Shown here piece after piece: positions 52,674 through 61,900 of a stretch of DNA of 64,000 nucleotides. The notes beneath the pieces are model-generated. The model was not told where the DNA came from and did no database searches. It worked only from the letters and a program-made list of their open reading frames with translations. Both the position numbers and the translations under genes were made by a program. The stretch is from positions 20,165-84,164 of the forward strand of contig JBECUI020000045.1 in NCBI GenBank assembly GCA_040954595.2, read 5' to 3'. The number at the start of each line of letters is the position of its first letter. Position 1 is the stretch's first letter. Origin of the DNA: Balanoglossus misakiensis. Taxonomy: Eukaryota > Animalia > Hemichordata.

Positions 52674-52936
52674 GGGTATTGCCAAGTAGGGGGTTTCTTA
52701 TACCCCTACGCAAGCACCCCCAAGCAATAGTCTTGTGCTATTAAGGCATGGGCTTGCTGCGCCCACATACAAGGCACGCCCCTCAATACAAGCGCTTATT
52801 CAAGTTCTTGTATTTATCATACAGATTTGAGACAATGAAACGTATTTCTAAAAGTAGCCCATTATACACAGCAATATGCTTGGTATTGATCAAGCAAACG
52901 GCGTGATGCAATAAACATTAGAGGAGACGATTATCT
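52674..52936 (+). repeat. Conserved ~263-bp intergenic spacer, copy 3
   Basis: Direct comparison with 24203-24464 and 37300-37563. Confidence 0.92.
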
Positions 52937-55900
52937 ATGAGTACATATTATTTTGTAACAGATACAGGCGGTGCCATTTTAGCGTGGAACTCCGAGATAC
53001 CTCACTTTGAAACATTAGGCAGGAGTTTAGTTGCCTATGGCGGCAGGGGTGTTGATGAGCTGTATGTAGGCAGGGCGACACAGGCCAGTGTCGCATCGCT
53101 TGGAGACGGGGAAGACCGTGTCTATCTTACAGGCAATTTCGCAGATTATACGCAAACGGTAGATGGTTCTACCTATACCTTCTCGCGCACGGTGACGATA
53201 GACAGCAATGCATACGAAGAAGTGATAACGGTATCAGGTAATACCGACAGCGACCGTCTTTACTTTGCCGATGGCAATGTAGAGTTGAGTTTCTCTAATT
53301 TGTTTGATCTCATAGGTGGCGGTTATCGGGACATCACGGCAGATCGATTAACAGGGGAAGGCAGCCCAAGCTATCCACCCACCCCACCTGCTGCTCGTGC
53401 GAATGATGAGAATGAATGGGTCTTTACAAATGATAATGAGGGTGCGGTGTATGCCTTTGACTTACCCGGTAGCAAGTGGACTACCTATGGCGGCAGGGGT
53501 GTTGATCGTATTTATGTAGGCAAGGGGACGCAGGCCAGTGTCGCATCGCTTGGCGATGGGGAAGACGGTATCTATCTCACGGGCAATCTCGCAGACTATA
53601 CGCAAACGGTAGCTGGTTCTACCTATACCTTCTCACGCACGGTGACGATAGCGGGCAGGGATTACGAAGAGCAGGTAACGGTATCAGGTAATACCGACAG
53701 CGACCGTCTTTACTTTGTCGATGGCAATGTAGAGTTGAGTTTCTCTAATTTGTTTGATCTCATAGGTGGCGGTTATCGGGACATCACGGCAGACCGATTA
53801 ACAGGGGAAGGCACCCCGGGCTTGGGTGTTGGTCTTACGATAAGCGATGATACCAGCACTGATGTCACAAACACTGATGTTGTCTTCACCTTCACCTTTG
53901 ATGAGGCAGTCACAGGGTTTGATATAGATGCGATTACAATCACCAACGGCACGGCAAACGGCGCACTCACAGAGGTTACCACAGGCATACAATATACCTT
54001 AGCGGTGACACCGACTGCGAATACACAAGGCACCTTAAGGCTCAGCGTTGCAGCAGGTGCCGTTGTTGCAACAGATGACGCAAACAAGGGCAATCAGGCG
54101 GCAAGTGCTACGCAGGCGATAGACACCCAAGCGCCTATCGCAATCCTATCAGGTGACATCGTACCTGTCGGCAACCTCACCATGCAGTTTGATGAGGCGG
54201 TCACCTTAGGCACAGGCGATATCACACTTTATAACCAAGCAGATGGTAGTATAGCCGCCGCTATCCCCATCAATGATGCTATGCAGGTAGGCTTAAGTAA
54301 TGACGGCAGGACGCTGACCATTAACCCGGCTGTGGATCTTGTATTAGGCAATGGCTATTATGTTCAAATACCGTCAACCGCCATCACTGATGTGGCAGGT
54401 AATGCCTATGCCATTACAGATGCCACCACTTGGGCATTTACCGCCACTGGTCTTTCTACTACTGTTGTATGGCAGGACGATACTCACAATGACCCCAGCA
54501 CAGACGGCTATATCAATGCCGCAGAGCTAAACACCGTAACACTGCAAGGCATATTGACGAATGTCGGCGATGCCACCGATGTTAGCATCACCGCCATTAC
54601 TTTTAAGGCATTAAGCGGTAGCGCAAATGACATCAGCTATAGTGCCGCCCTGCCTGCCTTATCAGGCGATGCCACCGGCAGCACTTGGACCCTAGATAAT
54701 GCCGCGATAAGAGGCTTAGGTTTGGTAGAGGGCGAATCCTATCGGGTTGAGGTAACGCTATCAGGCACAGATACGAGCAACAACACCATCATAGGTAGCG
54801 GCAGCCATGATGATCCTATTATCATAGACACTGGCGCACCGACCACGACAGTCAGTATAGATAGTATCAGCAATGATAGCGGCATTGCAGACGACTTTAT
54901 CACCAATGACGATGACGGTTTGACGATTACTGCCACCTTAAGTGCGGCACTAGCAGCAGGTGAGCGTCTGGAGTACAGCAGCGATGATGGCACGACTTGG
55001 ACGGATATCAGCGGGTCTGTTGCGGACATGAGCATTAGCCATACGGATGATGCACTGACAGCTACAACAACGATACAGATGCGTGTTGCCGACACCGCAG
55101 GCAATAGCGCGCCTGCGGCAAGCCAGCTTATTACGATAGAGACCGGCGCACTGACCACGACAATCAGCATCACCGGCATCACTGATGATAACGGCACTGC
55201 TGCAGATGACTTTATCACCAATGACGATAACGGCTTGACGATAACAGCCACCTTAAGCGCGGCACTAGCAGCAGGCGAACGTTTGGAGTACAGCACTGAT
55301 GGCACAACTTGGACGGATATCAGCGGGTCTGTTGCGGACACAAGCATCAGCCATACGGATGATACACTGACAACTACGACAACGATACGGATGCGCGTTA
55401 CCAACACCATAGGCAATAGCGCCCCTGCGACAAGCAAGCTTATCACCATAGACAGCAGCGCACCGACCACGACAGTCCGTATAGACAGTATCACTGATGA
55501 TAGTGGCGATGCCACAGATGACTTTATCACCAATGACGATGACGGCTTGACGATAACAGCCACCTTAAATGCGCCGCTACGGGCAGGCGAGCGCTTAGAA
55601 TACAGCAGCGATGATGGCACGACTTGGACGGATATTAGCAGTTCAGTGACGGACACAAGCATCAGCCATACGGATGATGCACTGACAGCTACAACAACGA
55701 TACAGATGCGCGTTGCCGACATCGCAGGCAATAGCGCTCCTGTGGCAAGCCAGTTTGTCACCATAGACAACAACATACCTGCTGCCACAGTCAGCATAGA
55801 CAGTATTAGCGGTGATAGTGGTGATGCAGACTTTATCACCAGTGACAATGACGGCTTGACGATAACAGCCACCTTAAGCGCGGCATTAGCAGCAGATGAG

Positions 55901-58900
55901 CGTCTGGAGTACAGCGCTGATGATGGTAGCACCTGGACCGATATCAGCGGGTCTGTTGCGGGTACGAGCATCAGCCATACGGATGATGCACTGACGGCTA
56001 CAACAACGATACAGATGCGTGTTATTGACACCATAGGCAATAGCAGTCTTGTGGCAAGCCAGTCCATCATCATAGATACCACTGCCCCGACAGCAATCTT
56101 ATCAGGCGACATCTTGCCTACCGACAGCCTCACCCTGCAGTTTAATGAGGCGGTCACCTTAGGCACAGGCGATATCACACTTTATAACCAAGCAGACGGT
56201 AGTACGGCAGCCGCGATCCCCATCAATGATGCCACGCAGGTAAGCTTAAGTGATGATGGCAGGACGCTGACCATTAACCCGACTACTGATCTTACAATAG
56301 GCGGCAGTTATTATGTGCAAATACCGTCAACCGCTATCACTGATCTAGCAGGCAATGCCTATGGCATTACAGATGCCACCACTTGGGCATTTACCGTCAC
56401 TGGTCTTTCTACTACTGTGTTATGGCAGGATGGTGCTAATAATGACCCCAGTACAGACGGTTATATTAATGCCGAAGAGCTAAACACCGTAACACTGCAA
56501 GGCGTATTGACAAATACCGGCAATGCCACCGGCATTAGCATCACAGCCATCACCTTTAAGGCATTAAGCGGCAGTGCAAACGACATCAGCTATAGCGGTG
56601 CTATGCCTGCCTTGTCCGATGCCAGCGGTAGTACCTGGGTCTTAGATAATGCCGCGATAAATGCCTTAAATCTAGTAGAGGGCGAATCCTATCGTGTTGA
56701 GGTAACGCTATCAGGCACAGATGCGGGCAGCAACACCATCACAGGTGGCAGCAGCTATAACAATCCCATTATCATAGACAGTGCCCTACCTGCTGCGACA
56801 ATCAATATAACCGGCATCAATGATGATAGCGGCACCGCAGACTTTATCACCAGTGACAATGATGGCTTGACGATAACAGCCACCTTAAGTGTGCCATTGG
56901 CAGCAGGTGAGCGCTTAGAATACAGCACTGATGGCACGACTTGGACGGATATCAGCGGGTCTGTGACAGGCACGAGTATCAGCCATACGGATACCGCCTT
57001 GGTAGGTGAGGGTGAGACCACGATACAGATGCGCTTGACCGACACCGCAGGCAATAGCACACCTGCGACAAGCCAGCTTATCACCATAGATACCACAGCA
57101 CCGACCACAACAGTCAGTATCATCGGTATTAGTGATGATAGCGGTATTGTAGGCGACTTTATCACCAATGATAATAACGGCTTAACAATAACAGCGGGTT
57201 TAAGTGCAGCACTGGCAGCAGGTGAGCGCTTAGAATACAGCACTGATGGCACGACCTGGACCGATATCAGCAGTTCAGTGACAGGTACGAGCATCAGCCA
57301 TGCGGATGCCGCCTTGACCCATGAGGGCGATACCACGATACAGATGCGCGTTACCGATACCGCAGGCAATAGCGCGCCTGCGACAAGCTGGACCATCACC
57401 ATAGATACCACAGTACCGACCACAATAGTCAGCAGTATAGACAGTATCAGCGATGATAGCGGTGTTACAGATGACTTTATCACCAATGACAATGACGGCT
57501 TGACGATCACAGCCACCTTAAGTGCGGCATTGGTAGCAGGTGAGCGTTTGGAGTACAGCACTGATGGGGGCGGCACGTGGACCGATATCAGCAGTTCAGT
57601 GACAGGTACGAGTATCAGCCATGCAGATACCACCTTGACCCATGAGGGTGAGACCACGATACAGATGCGCGTTACCGACACCGCAGGCAATAGCAGTCTT
57701 GTGACAAGCCAGCTTATCACCATAGACAGCAGCGCACCTGCCACAATAGTCAGCAGTATAGACAGTATCAATAATGATAGCGGTGATGTCGCAGACGACT
57801 TTATCACCAATGACAATGATGGCTTGACGATTAACGCCACCTTAAGTGCGGTATTGGCAGCAGGTGAGCGTTTGGAATACAGCACTGATGGGGGCGGCAC
57901 GTGGACCGATATCAGTAGTTCAGTGACAGGCACGAGTATCCGCCATGCGGATACCGCCTTGGTAGGCGAGGGTGAGACCACGATACAGATGCGCGTTACC
58001 GACACCGCAGGCAATAGCAGTCTTGTAACAAGCAAGCTTATCACCATAGATACCACGGCCCCACTAGCAACCCTATCGGGCAGCATCCGACCGACCGGCG
58101 ACCTCACTATACGGTTTGATGAGGCGGTCAGCTTAGGTACGGGTGATATCACGCTTTATCATCAAGACGGTAGTACGGTAGCGACTATCTCCATCAATGA
58201 TGCCACACAGGTGGGCTTAAGTGATGGCGGCAAGACGCTGACCATTAACCCGACTACTGATCTTGTATTAGACAATCGCTATTATGTGCAAATACCGTCA
58301 GGCGCCATCATGGATGCGGCGGGTAATGCCTACACCATCACGGACGACAGCACTTGGGCGTTTAGTGTCATCGGCTTTTCTACTACGGTTATATGGCAGG
58401 ATGGTGCTAATAATGACTTAGGTGCAGACGGCTATATCAGCGCCGAAGAGCTAAACACCGTCACCTTGCAAGGCGCATTGACAAATACCAGCAATATCAC
58501 CGGTATTAGCATCACAGCCATCACCTTTAGGGCATTAAGCGGCAGTGCAAACGACATCAGCTATAGCGGTGCTATGCCTGCCTTGTCCGATGCCAGCGGT
58601 AGTACTTGGGTCTTAGATAATGCCGCGATAAATGCCTTAAATCTAGCAGAGGGCGAATCCTATCGGGTTGAGGTAACGCTATCAGGCACAGATGCGGGCA
58701 GCAACACCGTCACAGGTAGTAGTCATAGCGATCTTGTCGTCATAGACAGCAGTGCACCGACCACAACAATCAGTATCACCGGTATCAGCGATGATAACGG
58801 CACTGCCGCAGATGACTTTATCACCAATGACAATGACGGCTTGACGATTAACGCTATCTTAAGTGCGGCACTAGCAGCAGATGAGCGTCTGGAGTACAGC

Positions 58901-61900
58901 ACTGATGGGGGCGGCACGTGGACGGATATCAGCGGGTCTGTGACAGGCACGAGTATCAGCCATGCGGATGCCACCTTGGTAGGCGAGGGTGAGACCACGA
59001 TACAGATGCGCATCACCGATGCCGCAGGCAATAGCACGCCTGCGACAAGCCAGCTTATCACCATAGACAACAGCATACCTGTACCTCCTACCTTGTCCTT
59101 GACAACCGACACAGGGGTAGACGGCGATAAGGTCACTATGGATGGCACGATAGCAGTCGCCGGATTAGAGCCGGGCGGAACATGGGAGTATTCGGTCAAT
59201 ACGGGCAATACTTGGCAAAGTGGCAGCGGTACCGATTTTGTTGTGCCGGAAGGTGAGTATGGCATTTTGGATATTTGGGTACGGCAGTTTGACCGTGCCG
59301 GCAACGAATCAAACGCGACCCTATTTGAGCAATTCACCGTAGATACCACGGCCCCAACCGTAGACACAATCGTATTAACTGGCGAGGATGCCCAAGGCGC
59401 AAGCAAGACTGATCTTGCGACAGGTGATATCATCGTGATCACTATCACGATGAGCGAGGATGTCACTGTCACAGGCAGCCCTCTTTATACTATTGACATG
59501 GGCGGTCAATCTAGGGTTGTTGCGTATGATGCCGCCGCTTCAAGTGGCAATCAGTTGATATTTAAGTACACCATTGCCAGTACGGATATCGATGAAAGCG
59601 GTGGTATTACGGCAGCTACCAATGCCCTTGATGTATCAGGGGTTACGGTACAAGATACCGCAGGCAATGATGCGGACTTAACTAATACAGAGGTCGCAGT
59701 TGATGATAATGCGATCACCGTCAATAGTACCTTGCCCCCATCAAAGATAACCGCCCTTAGTTTCCCAAACGATGGCCCTTACGGCATCGGTGCTGTTCTT
59801 ACCGTTACCCTAACTGTCCAAGACGATGGTGGCACGCCCTATGATGAACTCACCGGTACGATAGGCGGCCATGCTGTCGGTAACTTACAGCGGACACACA
59901 ACACCCAATATACCTTTGATCTGACGATATCAGCAGCAGGCAAAGACTTTGCCGCAGATGAGGATATCACGCTTAGTCTTTATCTAGGCCGTGACGGCAC
60001 TGCCGATGATGCGGATAATTTTGCCGTATATGCGACACAGATAAGCGGGAGCAATGATGCCATTGATGCTACCCCACCTGATGCACCGACAGCATTGGCG
60101 CTTGCTGCAGATGATGATACCAGTATTGCGCAAGACGGTATCACGAGCCAAACCGATAATCTGACCATCACAGGCACAGCAGAGGCAAACAGCACGGTGA
60201 CCTTATACGGCACGGATGGCACAACAGTGCTCGCAACCGTCACGGCAGGGGCAGACGGTAGCTTTAGTGCCGATGTGACGCTTGCCGCAGGGGAGTATAG
60301 CATCACGGCTGCTGCGACCGATGCGACAGGTAATGTCGGCGTGTCAAGCGACCCGTTTGCGCTCACGATAGATACCACAGCACCCCGTCTTGACTTAGAC
60401 GCGACATCTGCGGGCATCGCCTATGTTGCTGATGAGGGCTCTGACACCTTGCTAGCAGGGGTTGTCATCAGCGACCAAGCGCGCGCGCGGGATGATAGCT
60501 ATATATCACCGCGGGAAGCGGGGCAATTAGGCGATGGTGAAGGCGGCGCGATATTAGACAACGCCTATGATGTTGATATTGTGGTCATAAATGGTGCGAC
60601 CTATGCGGTAGTGTCGGCACTTGGTAGCCACGCCATACAGATTATTGATATCAGCGACCCGGCAAATCCCACTCCTGTGGGCAATTTGATTAATACTGTC
60701 GACACGGCATTATACGGTGCCCATGACGTTGTTATCGTCGTCATAGACGGTGCGACCTATGCGGTGGTCACAGGCGAGTATGACGATGGCGTGCAGATTA
60801 TTGATATCAGTGATCCTGCCAATCCTGTGGCAAAAGGCACCCTGCTTGATGATGCCGACACGGAATTAGACGGGGCACAGGGTATTGATATTGCGGTCAT
60901 AGACGGCAAGACCTATGCGGTGGTGACAGGCTTCTATGACAACGGCGTGCAGATTATTGATATCAGTGATCCTGCCAATCCTGTGGCTGTGAGCAGGCTG
61001 ACTGATACTAGCGATACGGCATTAGACGGTGCCGATGACGTTGATATCGTCGTTATAGGCGGGGCGACCTATGCGGTGGTGGCAAGCAATTATAGCAACG
61101 GCATCCAGATTATTGATATCAGTGATCCTGCCAATCCTGTGGCAGTCAGCAGGCTTACGGATACCGGCGACACGGCATTACGCGGTATCCGAAGTATTGA
61201 TATCGTGACTCTCCCCAATGCCGAGGGTGTCACCAAGACCTATGCGGTGGCGGCAAGCATTACTGATGATGGCATACAGATTGTTGATATCAGCAATCCG
61301 GCTGCGCCTACCGCGGTAAGCAGCTTAACAGATACTGCCGACACGGCATTAGACGGTGCCGAAGGCGTTGATATCGTGACTCTCCCTGATGCCGCCGGCA
61401 CCGTCAAGACCTATGCGGTAGTGGCAAGCAGTAGTGACCACGGTATACAGATCATTGATATCAGCGACCCGGCTGCGCCTATCGCAGTGGATGCCCTGTT
61501 TGATAACGACAACAGGAAATTAAGCAGCCCCCGTGGCGTTAAGACCGTGGTCATCGCAGGCAAGGTCTATGCGGTGGTGGCAGCTTCTGCCGATGATGGC
61601 ATACAGCTGATACAGATTAGCGAGGATAAGGGTATACAGAAGATTGATATCACCGTATCGGGCAGCGGCTTTGGCGGCACTGCCAACGAGACATTAGTGC
61701 ATGACGACGGCACGCAGACGCAGCGCTTGTTCTCATTAGAAGCAAATCAAAGCTTGACTAATCAGACCATCGGTACTGTCGCAGGGCTGTCGCTTGTGTG
61801 GGCGGCTGCTGCCACCGGAAACTTGACCGTCTCTAAGACAGACGGCAGTGCATTAACAAGCAGCGAGGTCAATGCGATCATAGATGCCTTGCGTTATCAA

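Noticed and set aside
26267-60417. Long minus-strand ORFs (e.g. 26267-27703, 28283-29668, 39365-40801, 54739-56178) and many short periodic antisense ORFs
   Set aside because: They are antisense shadows of the biased Thr/Asp/Ala/Ile codons of the + strand genes. They are Ser/Val-rich, recur with the repeat period and show no recognisable protein features.
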